The notes: generated by a model from the letters alone, not told the origin. Positions 32,960-42,134 are shown, counted from the stretch's first letter. The stretch is DNA of 55,632 nucleotides from an uncultured Gammaproteobacteria bacterium (GCA_964404275.1 CAYOJH010000003.1:16879-72510), one strand, 5' to 3'. Numbers and translations are program-made.

Positions 32960-33649
32960 ATGACCTTTCGAACCCTTTCCGGCCCGCTCTCTTCCGAGAT
33001 TCGGCGGACCTGGTGGATCAGCAAGACCGTCGAAGTGGAGCATACCGGCAGCTACGACAACACCTGGACGGAAGATCAGGAACGGCGCGAACGCGTCGGA
33101 ACCGAAGCGGAAGCGATGCTGATCGCCTCGCTGACCGAGAACGGCTATCATGCGCCGGCGCTGGATCTCGACTTTCCGGTCGAAGTTGCGCCGGCGGGGG
33201 AAGGCATCACGCGCTTGCGGTTCCCAAGCCTGTCCGTACGGCCGCGCGCTTGGAGCGCACTGATCGCCTTCCTGGCAAAGGCCGGCATCACGCCTCGGGC
33301 CTTCGCCGAAGAGCCGTCTGCCTGGGGACGTCTCAGCCATGGTTTATTCGCGTGCTTCGCGCGGTTGCGTGAACCGCAGATCGACGTGCAGGTGCCGATT
33401 CGCCTCGCGCCTTCATGCACGCCGGGTCATCACCATCTCTTCGTTGAAATGGAAATGCCCTGGGCAGGCTATCTGGATCTTTGTCGAGTCTTGCACGGAG
33501 CCGGATTGATCGAAGAAGCGTTCTTCAACCTTGCGCAACGCTGGAAAAAAACGATGCTCTGGAAACCGGGCATCAAGGAAGAACTGCTGCGCAAGAAAAC
33601 GGAGTCTCCGAAGTCCGACGACGGGTATCTATACAGCAGCGAATACTGA
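32960..33649 (+). CDS. Orphan with internal ~50-aa duplication carrying DxD and S-x-T-P-G-H-x-H motifs (primase/AEP-like motifs)
   Basis: AAGGAGG SD. HAPALDLDFP and LAPSCTPGHHHLF segments. Confidence 0.65.
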   Translation: MTFRTLSGPLSSEIRRTWWISKTVEVEHTGSYDNTWTEDQERRERVGTEAEAMLIASLTENGYHAPALDLDFPVEVAPAGEGITRLRFPSLSVRPRAWSALIAFLAKAGITPRAFAEEPSAWGRLSHGLFACFARLREPQIDVQVPIRLAPSCTPGHHHLFVEMEMPWAGYLDLCRVLHGAGLIEEAFFNLAQRWKKTMLWKPGIKEELLRKKTESPKSDDGYLYSSEY

Positions 33650-33678
33650 AGGCGACCCGCGGCGGGGCGCTTTTTTCA
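33649..33678. terminator. Terminator between convergent genes
   Basis: AAGGCGACCCGCGGCGGGGCGCTTTTTT (imperfect stem plus T tract). Confidence 0.5.
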
Positions 33679-34443
33679 TTTCTTGACGGCCACGAGCGCC
33701 AGGAACATCGGGATCTCGAGACGCGCGGCGTTTTCGGCTTTGGCTTTCGGTCCCGAGTCGCTCGTCTTGTGCGAGGTCCATTCTTCCAAGTTTTCGATCG
33801 CGAAGCCGTGCTTGGCCAGCGCTTGGACGTAGGTTTGGAGCGGCCGGTGGTACGAATGCGTGATGACGTCCGGCCGCGCGCCGGGATGCGCTTGGACCGG
33901 CACGTCATACGCGCCGAGGTATTTGTCGACGCGGCGGTATTGCAGTTTGCGGTTTTCGTCCCAGCCCCAGCCGCTTTGGCGCAACTGGCGGAAGGCGGGG
34001 TGATTCATGACGATCACGAAGGGCGAGCGCGGCTTCAGGACGCGGGCAGCCTCGCGGAAGACGGGTTCGATCTCATCAATGTTCTGGATCGCCAAGAGGC
34101 AGGCCGCGCCGTCGAAGGCGTCGGCGGGATAGCGGGAAGAAAACGCGCGCGCGTCGGCCACGAGATAGTCCGCGTTTTTCGGCGCCCGCTTCTTGGCGCG
34201 CTCGATGAGCGAGGGCGCGGCGTCGAATCCCGAAACGCGCACGCCCGGACGGCGGGCGATCACGCGCGAAAACGCGCCCTCGCCGCAGGCGATGTCGAGA
34301 TAGCGCTTGCCGGCGACGGGGGAGAGCAGCCGTTCCGCGCCCGGAAAGACCACGGCCTCTTGCACGGTGTCTTCTTTGTCGAGATACGAGCCATACCAGC
34401 GCGCGACGCCTTCCCAGCTTGTCTTCGGGCCCTTTCTTTTCAT
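33676..34443 (-). CDS. Class I SAM-dependent methyltransferase
   Basis: YLDIACGEG (motif I), GFDAA, VADAR, DAFDGAAC and EAARVLKP motifs. Confidence 0.9.
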   Translation of the reverse strand: MKRKGPKTSWEGVARWYGSYLDKEDTVQEAVVFPGAERLLSPVAGKRYLDIACGEGAFSRVIARRPGVRVSGFDAAPSLIERAKKRAPKNADYLVADARAFSSRYPADAFDGAACLLAIQNIDEIEPVFREAARVLKPRSPFVIVMNHPAFRQLRQSGWGWDENRKLQYRRVDKYLGAYDVPVQAHPGARPDVITHSYHRPLQTYVQALAKHGFAIENLEEWTSHKTSDSGPKAKAENAARLEIPMFLALVAVKK

Positions 34444-34526
34444 ATTGACCGGCGCGACGGACGCGCACTACAGTGGAGTATCGCTCATTTATCGCACGTC
34501 CAACCGCCTTTCGCAAGGAGTGCCGC

Positions 34527-35270
34527 ATGTCCATCAACTATCCGGGCGTCGTTCTCGCGGGCTTTCATCTGCTGATCGATCCGCCCGCGCGCTACGCGGC
34601 CAAGATCGATCGCGAGCGGAAGCCGAACGGGCGTATTCGGACCTTTCATCTGCGCATCGTCGCGGGCGAACAGGAGTCCTCGGCGCAGCTTTCCGTCAAC
34701 CTCGGAAAAAAGCGCGTCGATTGGAATCGCACGACGGGCTGGCTGCTCGGTCAACAGGATTATGGTTCGGGCAGCCTCGGCGTCTTGCTGCTCTCGTCGC
34801 CGTTCCTGCTGCTCGGCTCGCCGTACATCATCGCGCGCCGGAAGCTCTATCATTGGAGCGAAAAGGGGCAGGCCATGTCGCGTCACGCGACGGCGCTGCT
34901 CGAAGCGCTCGAGGGCCAGCTGACCGACGACGAAAACGATCTTCTGGTCGAAGTCTTCCGAAACGAATACGCGCATGCCGTGAAGATGCGAAGCCAAGTC
35001 GACCTGTTCCAGGCCAAGGCGGTGCTGTCTGCCGCCGCGCTCGATGTCTACGTCGCCCCGCTTTCGGGAGGCGGAACGCACGAGCAATGGACCTGGAGGG
35101 ATCGCGACGACGAGGTCGTCGGCGAGGCCCGGTTCGAACGGACCGATGACGCTGCGCCCGTCGTGCGCGTGCGCGGTTCGCGTTTTCGCGGCGGCAAGGC
35201 GGCGATCTTGATGGAGTGCTTCGCCAGCCGCGAGATCTCCCGCTTCGGCGACAACCTGGATCCGGAATGA
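34527..35270 (+). CDS. Orphan hypothetical protein with central hydrophobic segment
   Basis: AAGGAG SD. Promoter TTGACC-18-TACAGT (34445-34474). LGVLLLSSPFLLLGSPYII segment. Confidence 0.6.
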   Translation: MSINYPGVVLAGFHLLIDPPARYAAKIDRERKPNGRIRTFHLRIVAGEQESSAQLSVNLGKKRVDWNRTTGWLLGQQDYGSGSLGVLLLSSPFLLLGSPYIIARRKLYHWSEKGQAMSRHATALLEALEGQLTDDENDLLVEVFRNEYAHAVKMRSQVDLFQAKAVLSAAALDVYVAPLSGGGTHEQWTWRDRDDEVVGEARFERTDDAAPVVRVRGSRFRGGKAAILMECFASREISRFGDNLDPE

Positions 35271-35276
35271 GCGTCG

Positions 35277-35332
35277 AACGGCCGCCCTGCGGCCGTTTTT
35301 TCATTGACAAACGGCGGATTTTTCGGTAGACC
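35277..35332 (+). promoter_or_regulatory. Terminator fused to the next promoter (TTGACA-17-TAGACC)
   Basis: AACGGCCGC-CCT-GCGGCCGTT-TTTT-CA-TTGACA(35304)...TAGACC(35327). Confidence 0.75.
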
Positions 35333-35350
35333 TTGGGCGGGGAGGAATCG

Positions 35351-37516
35351 ATGAGAACGCTCTTTTTGGTCCTGATGTCCTGGGTCGCGCTGGCGGGCTG
35401 TGGCTCGAAAGACGCCAAGACGCCTGCGAAGCAGGCCGCGCCGGTCAGCCAAACGCCTGCGCCGGTCAAGACGACGCGGGCCGTGCGCCTGTTCGTCGCT
35501 CCGTTTTCCGACGACGGCAAGAACGGCCTGGACTATTTCTCGATCGGCCTCGCGCTCGCCGCGAATGCCCGTTTCGAAGAAGCGTCCTACGACCGCGCCT
35601 TCATCAAGGCGATGGCCGACGCCGGATTCGCGTTCGAAGTCGTGACGGGTCCGCAGGTCTTGCCGGAAGATTCCGCCAAGCTCGCGGCGACGCGCTCCGA
35701 CGACGGCGCGCTCGCCGATCTCCACGCGGCGGCCAAGCGCGCCGGCGCGACGCACGTGCTGACCGGCGCCTACGGAGGCCGCGTCGAAAAGTGGCGGCTC
35801 GAAGTCGCGCTCTACGAAGTCGGTCCCGACGGATTGAAGGAAATCGCCAAGGCCGAGGATACGCGCAAGATCTACGCCGGGAAGAAGGACACGCCGAAAC
35901 CCGAGCGTCCGGGCATCCAGATCGGAACCGTGCACGAGATGCTCGGCGCGCTGATCGGCCAGGTCTTCGTCTCGGCGAAGCTCCCGCTGCCGGCGGATGT
36001 CGTCGCGGCGCTTTCGACGCCGGCCACGCCCGACATCGTCTCCTTCATCAACCTGTCGCGCGCTTACCGCGCGCTGCTCGCGGACGAAGAGGACGACGAG
36101 ACGAAGATGGACAACGCGCTTGGCTTCGCGCAGAACGCGGTCCGCATCTGGCCCGACTACCAGATCGCCCGACGCCTGTACGCCTGGCTGCTCTGGCAGA
36201 CCGGAAGCCCGGAAAAAGCGCGGCTGCATTTCCAGGAAGCCCTGAAGTGCGAAGCCGACAAGGCCAAGAAAGGGCAGTGCGTTCCCGACGACATCCGCTC
36301 GTTCGTCGCGCTCGGCCGCATCGATCTCGCGACCGATCAGGCCGACAGCGCGCGTCAGGAACTCGAAGTCGCCGCCAAGCTGCGGCCCGGCGACGCGAAC
36401 GTCCAGTACTGGCTCGGCGCCGCGTTCGCCAAGCTCGGTCAGATCGGCCAGGCCGTCAAAGGCTACGAGCTGAGCCGTTCGCTCGATCCGAACAACCTCG
36501 AAACGCGGCGCGCGCTGGCCAGCCTCTATGCCGGACAGAAGCGTTACGCGGAAGCGGTCGTCGAGCTCAAGGTGGTGGTCGATCGCGATCCGAAAGATCC
36601 GACCGCCGTCTACCTGCTCGCGGCTTGCGCTCGCGCCGCGGGTGACATGCCGGCCGCGCTCGCGGCCTACGATCTCGGAGCAAAGCGCTTTCCCGACGAC
36701 CAGAAATTCCGCGCGCTGCGGAAAGACGCGGTCGACGGCGTCGGCGCCGAGCTGGCCGGACGGATCGCCCAGGCGGGGGATCTGAGAAAAACGCTCGAAA
36801 ACCTCCGCGCGGAATTCCAGGACGCCGTCAACGACGGCACCTGGCAGCTCCTCAATCGGAAAAAGGAAGACGCCTGCGCCGACGGCAACGCCGGATCGGA
36901 CGAGCTCCTCGCGAAAGCGAAAGGCAAAGCGTACGAAAACGGCGGCCTCGCGTTCCAGGAACGCATCGCCTTGATCCGCGCGGCGCTCAAGGACGGCAAA
37001 GGCCTCGCGCTCACGCCGGACGAAAACGCTTCCGCGGAAGACCTGCTCCTGTATGAACAGAGCGCGCTGCGCGACGATCGCGAGATGCGCACGGCCTTTG
37101 AAGGGACGTTCAAGCCGCAGCTCGAAAGGCTCTGCGGCGCGATCGATCCCGACAAGATCGCCGTCGCGAAGATCGAAGACGTCCGCGCTCGGAACGGCCA
37201 GCGCGTCGTCTCGATGCCGGAACCGCCCAAGCGCGACGCGTCCGGCATCTCGCCGGTCGTGCCGCCGGACGTGGTCGACAACAAGACCTGGTACGTCGAG
37301 AACGACACGAAACAGGAGATCATCCTGATCCTCGACGGCAAGCCGCTCGAACCTTCCGTGCCGCCGCGGCATGAAGGCGGCAAGCCGATGCCGTTCTCGG
37401 CCCAAGTCGGCAACCACGAGCTCTGCCACGTGCCGAAAGGGGTCGATCCCAAATGCCTCGGCTTCAACGTCAGGACCGTGCAGATCGACGAAGGCTTGAT
37501 CTATCACGTCCAATAG
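35351..37516 (+). CDS. Lipoprotein: Pro/Ala linker, TolB_N/CsgG-like alpha/beta domain, TPR array, C-terminal beta domain
   Basis: Lipobox VALAGC. VRLFVAPF...AAKRAGATHVLTGAY...RLEVALYEV. About 7 TPRs. GGAGG SD. Confidence 0.75.
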   Translation: MRTLFLVLMSWVALAGCGSKDAKTPAKQAAPVSQTPAPVKTTRAVRLFVAPFSDDGKNGLDYFSIGLALAANARFEEASYDRAFIKAMADAGFAFEVVTGPQVLPEDSAKLAATRSDDGALADLHAAAKRAGATHVLTGAYGGRVEKWRLEVALYEVGPDGLKEIAKAEDTRKIYAGKKDTPKPERPGIQIGTVHEMLGALIGQVFVSAKLPLPADVVAALSTPATPDIVSFINLSRAYRALLADEEDDETKMDNALGFAQNAVRIWPDYQIARRLYAWLLWQTGSPEKARLHFQEALKCEADKAKKGQCVPDDIRSFVALGRIDLATDQADSARQELEVAAKLRPGDANVQYWLGAAFAKLGQIGQAVKGYELSRSLDPNNLETRRALASLYAGQKRYAEAVVELKVVVDRDPKDPTAVYLLAACARAAGDMPAALAAYDLGAKRFPDDQKFRALRKDAVDGVGAELAGRIAQAGDLRKTLENLRAEFQDAVNDGTWQLLNRKKEDACADGNAGSDELLAKAKGKAYENGGLAFQERIALIRAALKDGKGLALTPDENASAEDLLLYEQSALRDDREMRTAFEGTFKPQLERLCGAIDPDKIAVAKIEDVRARNGQRVVSMPEPPKRDASGISPVVPPDVVDNKTWYVENDTKQEIILILDGKPLEPSVPPRHEGGKPMPFSAQVGNHELCHVPKGVDPKCLGFNVRTVQIDEGLIYHVQ

Positions 37517-37571
37517 CTCCCGCTTCCCGGGGGCTTTTTTCATTGACAAAATGGCTCGCCGGATGTAGAGA
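37515..37571 (+). promoter_or_regulatory. Terminator fused to the next promoter (TTGACA-17-TAGAGA)
   Basis: AGCTCCCG-CTTCC-CGGGGGCT-TTTTT-CA-TTGACA(37543). Confidence 0.7.
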
Positions 37572-37643
37572 ATGAGGATGTTCCGGGGCGGAAAACCCCG
37601 GAAAAAACGCACGTTCACATCCTTCGATCGGAGTTCAAACGTC

Positions 37644-40600
37644 ATGCTGCAATGGCTGAAACGCCTGCCTGAACGCGTTCTGTTCGCGGTCTTGGTCGCG
37701 GTCGCCTACCTGTCGATTGCGGCGGCGCTTCTCCTCGTCCACTACGCCCTGCTGCGCTTCGGCGTGCCGCACTGGCTGGCCTTCTTGGCCGCCATCGGCG
37801 TCTTCCCGGTGACCTACGTCGCCTGGAAGGTCGTAAAGGGCTTGGTCTGGATCTTGACCCGCTTTGCGGCCTGGCTCTGGAAATTCCGCGCGTGCCGCCG
37901 GACGACCTATGTCGGTTTGGTGGCTGCCGCCGCTCTGGTGGCGGGCTGGAATCTCCACGCCGCCGGCGATAACGCCTGGCTCGGCCTCGGCTGCGAAGCG
38001 ATCGGCGTCTTCGCGATCTTGGTCGCGGCCTTGCTCGCCAATCCGCCCGAGCGCTGGCTCGTCCGGCTGCGTCGCTTTCGCGTGTCCGCCGGATACGCCG
38101 GGCTGTTCAACGCGATCCGCGTGGCGGCCTGGCTGCTCGCGATCCTCTTGATCGACGTCTGGCTGCGCGCCACGGTGCGCGGCCTGATCGGCGACAATTG
38201 GATCGCGATTCCCTTGAGCTGGCTCGAGCGGATCCGCATCCCGCTCGCGCTCCTGCCGCCGCTCGTCTTCACGATCGCGGCCCTGCTCGCGCGCCCGCCG
38301 TATCTCCGGCGCGCCGCGCCGCGCTGGGTCTACGTCGTGAAGCGCACGCGCGTGCCGGTCCGCGAACGCTTCCATCACATCTTCGGACGGATCCCGCTGT
38401 ATCGGCTGGACCTCATGCCGAAGATGGTGGAGTTCACCGCGCCGGACGGACGCGTCGGCCATGCCGGCGAGCGCTTCGTCTTCGCGCGCATGATCTGGAC
38501 CGGCCTGGCCCTCACGACGTTCGCGTCGATGATCGGTCTCGCCTTCGCGGCCGATTGGTTCCTGCCGAGCGTGCCGAAAGATCTCTCGAGCGTCGAGCAG
38601 TATCAGCCGCCCGTCGCGACGGTCGTCTACGACCGGAACGGCGCGGAGATGTGCCGCTTCACGGTCGAGAACCGCACCTACGTCGATCTTTCGCAGATCC
38701 CGGTGGAAGTCCAGGAGGCGTTCATCGCCGCCGAGGACCAGCACTTCTGGGAGCACGATGGCATCGATCCGAACGGCATCGTCCGCGCGGGCGTCGCGAA
38801 CTTCCAAAGCGGGGAGACTCGCCAAGGCGCTTCGACGATCACTCAGCAGGTCATCAAGCAGGTCGTGCTCAAGGATTCATCCAAGAGCATGAAACGCAAG
38901 CTGACCGAGCTCGTCCTGGCGCCTCGCTTCGAGACGCAGATGACGGACATGCTGGGCAGCCGCCACGCGGCCAAGGAAAAGATCCTCGAGATCTACCTGA
39001 ACCACGTCTATCTCGGCGACGGCAACTACGGCGTCGAAGCGGCCGCCCTCGGCTACTTCGGCAAGCACGCCAAGGACCTGACGCGGGCGGAAGCGGCGAT
39101 GCTCGCCGCCATGCCCAAAGCGCCGGCCCTCGACGCGCCCGACAAGCACTTCGCGCGCGCCAAGGAACGCCAGCGCTACGTGCTCGACCGCGAGGTCGAG
39201 CTCGGGATGCTGACGTCCTCCGAACGCGACGCGGCTTGGAAAGAGCCGATCGTCACGATCCGCCGGACGCATTCTTCCAACGTGGCGAACGCGCCCTACG
39301 CCTGCGAAGAGGTCCGCAAGTTCGCCGAACGCCAGTTCGGCTACGAAGCGGTCTACAAGCAGGGACTCGTCATCCGCACGACGTTCGATCTCCCGCTTCT
39401 GCGGAAGGCGCAAGCCTCGATCCGCTACGGCCTGCTTGATCTCGAGCGACGCCTCGGCTTCGCCGGTCCGGAAGGGCACGACAAGAACGCCAGCGATCGC
39501 TGCGAGGAACCCGAATGGGTCGACGACGAAGCGATCGAAGCGAACGCCCGCGTTATCGCGCGCGACCGCTCTTCGATCGCGCTGTGCGTGCGCGGCAACC
39601 GCGTCCGGCTCGATCCGGACGACGTCGCTCGCGTGCAGCAATGGGAACGCGCCAAGCCCGGCCGCGTGCTCCGGCTTGGCGATCTCATGACCGTCCGGCT
39701 CGAAACGCGCGATCTCGGCAAAGGCAAGACCGAGCGCGTCGCGCTGACCGCCCGCCGCACCGGCGGCAAAGGTCATCCCGAAGCGCTGCAAGCCGCGCTG
39801 GTGGCGATCGACCCGAACGACGGGGAGATCCGCGCGATCGTCGGCGGCTACGACTGGAACGAAAGCCAGTACGACGCCGCCACGCAGGCGCACCGGCAGA
39901 CCGGCTCGTCGATCAAGCCCTACGTCTATCTGACGGCGCTCATGAACGGCGAGACGGTCGTCTCGACCGTGGAAGACGCGCCGATCTGCGTGCCGACCGC
40001 TTCGGGCGAATGGTGCCCGAGGAATTACGACGGGCCGCACGTGACGCAAGTCTATTACGGCCTCGTCGACCTGATGACCGCGCTGGCGAAGTCGCTCAAC
40101 TCGGTCTCGGTCCGCCTGACCCTCGAAGTCGGCCTCGACAAGGTGCTCGGCACGATCCGCGCGCTCGGCGTGAGGTCGCCGATCGAACGGGTCTATCCGG
40201 TCGCCGTCGGCACGCCGGAGCTCACGCTTCGCGAGCATGCGGCCGGATACGCCACGCTCCTTTCGGAAGGACGAGAAATGGCCGTTCAGCACGACGGCGA
40301 TCCGCCCGGCATCTTCGTGAAGAGCGTCTCGGCTTGGGTCCGCGGCCTCGACGGCCGCGTCCAGTTCAAGACGCTGTACGAAGCGCCGAAACGTCCCGAC
40401 GCGCAAGCGGTGCCGAGCGGCGACGCCTACGCCATGATTCATCTCATGCGCGGCGTCGTGCAATTCGGCACCGGCACCAGGGCCAAGAAGCTGCGCAGGC
40501 CGATCGCCGGCAAGACCGGCACGACCAACAGCTTCCATGACGTCTGGTTCATGGGCGGCAGCGCCGATCTCACGGTCGGCGTCTGGGTGGGACGCATGAC

Positions 40601-40871
40601 GCCGACCCCGATCGCCAAAGAGGCGACGGGCGGCGGCGTGGCCCTGCCGATCTGGGAAGCCTTCATGGAATTGGCCTTTCCGGTGCCGAAGAAGGAAGGC
40701 GATCCGTTCGAGACGCCGCCTCGGGATTTCCCGATCCCGAACGACGTCACCTTGATCCTTAACGGCGAAACCGAGGACGGCCGTCCGTCACTCCTGCCGT
40801 TCCAGCGCGGTAAGATGCCCGACGCCTACCTGAAAGCGTCTTCCGGCTTCGGCCACGACGCCTTCGAATGA
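37644..40871 (+). CDS. Class A penicillin-binding protein (PBP1A family) with a multi-TM N-terminal extension
   Basis: GT51 motifs AEDQHF, GASTITQQ, RKLTE and EIYLN. OB-like insert (LRLGDLMTV). Transpeptidase motifs GSSIK, SLN and GKTGT. Confidence 0.93.
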   Translation: MLQWLKRLPERVLFAVLVAVAYLSIAAALLLVHYALLRFGVPHWLAFLAAIGVFPVTYVAWKVVKGLVWILTRFAAWLWKFRACRRTTYVGLVAAAALVAGWNLHAAGDNAWLGLGCEAIGVFAILVAALLANPPERWLVRLRRFRVSAGYAGLFNAIRVAAWLLAILLIDVWLRATVRGLIGDNWIAIPLSWLERIRIPLALLPPLVFTIAALLARPPYLRRAAPRWVYVVKRTRVPVRERFHHIFGRIPLYRLDLMPKMVEFTAPDGRVGHAGERFVFARMIWTGLALTTFASMIGLAFAADWFLPSVPKDLSSVEQYQPPVATVVYDRNGAEMCRFTVENRTYVDLSQIPVEVQEAFIAAEDQHFWEHDGIDPNGIVRAGVANFQSGETRQGASTITQQVIKQVVLKDSSKSMKRKLTELVLAPRFETQMTDMLGSRHAAKEKILEIYLNHVYLGDGNYGVEAAALGYFGKHAKDLTRAEAAMLAAMPKAPALDAPDKHFARAKERQRYVLDREVELGMLTSSERDAAWKEPIVTIRRTHSSNVANAPYACEEVRKFAERQFGYEAVYKQGLVIRTTFDLPLLRKAQASIRYGLLDLERRLGFAGPEGHDKNASDRCEEPEWVDDEAIEANARVIARDRSSIALCVRGNRVRLDPDDVARVQQWERAKPGRVLRLGDLMTVRLETRDLGKGKTERVALTARRTGGKGHPEALQAALVAIDPNDGEIRAIVGGYDWNESQYDAATQAHRQTGSSIKPYVYLTALMNGETVVSTVEDAPICVPTASGEWCPRNYDGPHVTQVYYGLVDLMTALAKSLNSVSVRLTLEVGLDKVLGTIRALGVRSPIERVYPVAVGTPELTLREHAAGYATLLSEGREMAVQHDGDPPGIFVKSVSAWVRGLDGRVQFKTLYEAPKRPDAQAVPSGDAYAMIHLMRGVVQFGTGTRAKKLRRPIAGKTGTTNSFHDVWFMGGSADLTVGVWVGRMTPTPIAKEATGGGVALPIWEAFMELAFPVPKKEGDPFETPPRDFPIPNDVTLILNGETEDGRPSLLPFQRGKMPDAYLKASSGFGHDAFE

Positions 40872-40872
40872 C

Positions 40873-40944
40873 CCCTTCGGCCCTTGCCGGAGGGTTTTTC
40901 TTTGGCCCTACAGGGTTGACAAAACCGCCTTTTTCGTGTATGCT
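40873..40944 (+). promoter_or_regulatory. Terminator followed by promoter TTGACA-17-TATGCT
   Basis: CCCTTCGG-CCCTTG-CCGGAGGG-TTTTTCTTT. TTGACA at 40916, TATGCT at 40939. Confidence 0.8.
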
Positions 40945-41006
40945 TCCTCCCTTCGGCGAACGTTTGCCGAAGCGCTCCTACCACCCCTTTCCCGTTCGGA
41001 GGCCCC

Positions 41007-42113
41007 ATGTCCCAGGAACAGGAACGCACGCCCGTCACGCCGTATCTTCTCGCCATCGTGGGGATCTGCGTCTACGCTTTCCACTACCTCGGAAAGGAAG
41101 AATCGATCGTGCGCGCCGCGCCGGTCGACGACGTGGCCGTTTCCGAACGCGCCGCGCCCGTCGCGACGCCTCCGCTTTCGACGCCCCTGGCCGGCCCGCG
41201 ACGCGTGGTGCTGGTCAGCGTCGACGGCATGTCCTCGGCGCTGGTCGATCGCATGCCGCATCTCAAGCAGATGTTCGTCGATGGCGCCGGCACGCTGAAG
41301 ACCGAGGTGCCGCGCGGGCACACGACCGCGATCTCGCACGCCGTGCTCTTCACGGGCGCAGATCCGTCGGTGAACGGCGTCACGTGCGAACCCGACGAAC
41401 GTCCTTGCAACGGTTTCACGATGCGGAAAGGCCGAGGCTATCACTCCCCGGACTTCCGCTGGACGCCGCTCAAGGTCACGGATACGCTCTTCACCGCCGT
41501 CGAAGCGTCGGGCCACAAAGCCGTCGCCGCCGTGCAGAAGGGCAAACTCGTCGGCTTCTTCCGTCCGAACGGCGATGAGACCGGCATCATCAGCACGAAC
41601 AACACCGCCAGAGTGGTCGAAACCGGCTGCGAGGCGGTCAAGGATGATGACGTGCGCTTGGTCGTCTTGCACTTCAAGATGATCGACGATGCCGGGCACC
41701 ATGCGGGCTGGCTCTCCGATCGGCAGTACCGCGAAGCGGATACGATCGACGGACAGCTCCAGCAAGTGCGCGATTGCGTCGACCGAGCCAATGCCGCGAG
41801 CGGCAAAGTCTCGACGGTCTTGATCGTCACCTCCGACCACGGCGGCACGCCCGGCGGCGAACATTGCGGACGCAAGTTCGACAATGACGACACTGAACTG
41901 GTGCCCTGGGTCGCTCTCGGCCCCGGCCTCAAGCGAGGCTACGAGATCACGGCGCGTTCCGACGCGCCGACGACCTCGCAAGGCACGCATCCGACGATGC
42001 TGCTCGTCGACACGGTTCCCACGATCCTTGCCCTGCTCGGCCTGCCCGAAACGTCGATTCCGACGCTCTCGAAACAGGCCAAACCCGTCGAAGGGATTTA
42101 CGCGTCGCAATGA
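41007..42113 (+). CDS. Membrane-anchored alkaline-phosphatase-superfamily (NPP/phosphodiesterase-like) enzyme
   Basis: TM, VVLVSVDG, Thr nucleophile region HTTAISH...TG, DDAGH, TSDHGG and GEH motifs. GGAGG SD. Confidence 0.85.
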   Translation: MSQEQERTPVTPYLLAIVGICVYAFHYLGKEESIVRAAPVDDVAVSERAAPVATPPLSTPLAGPRRVVLVSVDGMSSALVDRMPHLKQMFVDGAGTLKTEVPRGHTTAISHAVLFTGADPSVNGVTCEPDERPCNGFTMRKGRGYHSPDFRWTPLKVTDTLFTAVEASGHKAVAAVQKGKLVGFFRPNGDETGIISTNNTARVVETGCEAVKDDDVRLVVLHFKMIDDAGHHAGWLSDRQYREADTIDGQLQQVRDCVDRANAASGKVSTVLIVTSDHGGTPGGEHCGRKFDNDDTELVPWVALGPGLKRGYEITARSDAPTTSQGTHPTMLLVDTVPTILALLGLPETSIPTLSKQAKPVEGIYASQ

Positions 42114-42134
42114 CGCGTCACCCCGTTCCGGGCC

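Noticed and set aside
25024-35270. Prophage or integrative element covering the orphan-rich region
   Set aside because: No integrase, terminase, structural or replication genes. The orphans are interleaved with tRNA-Trp, PNP, ung and a methyltransferase.
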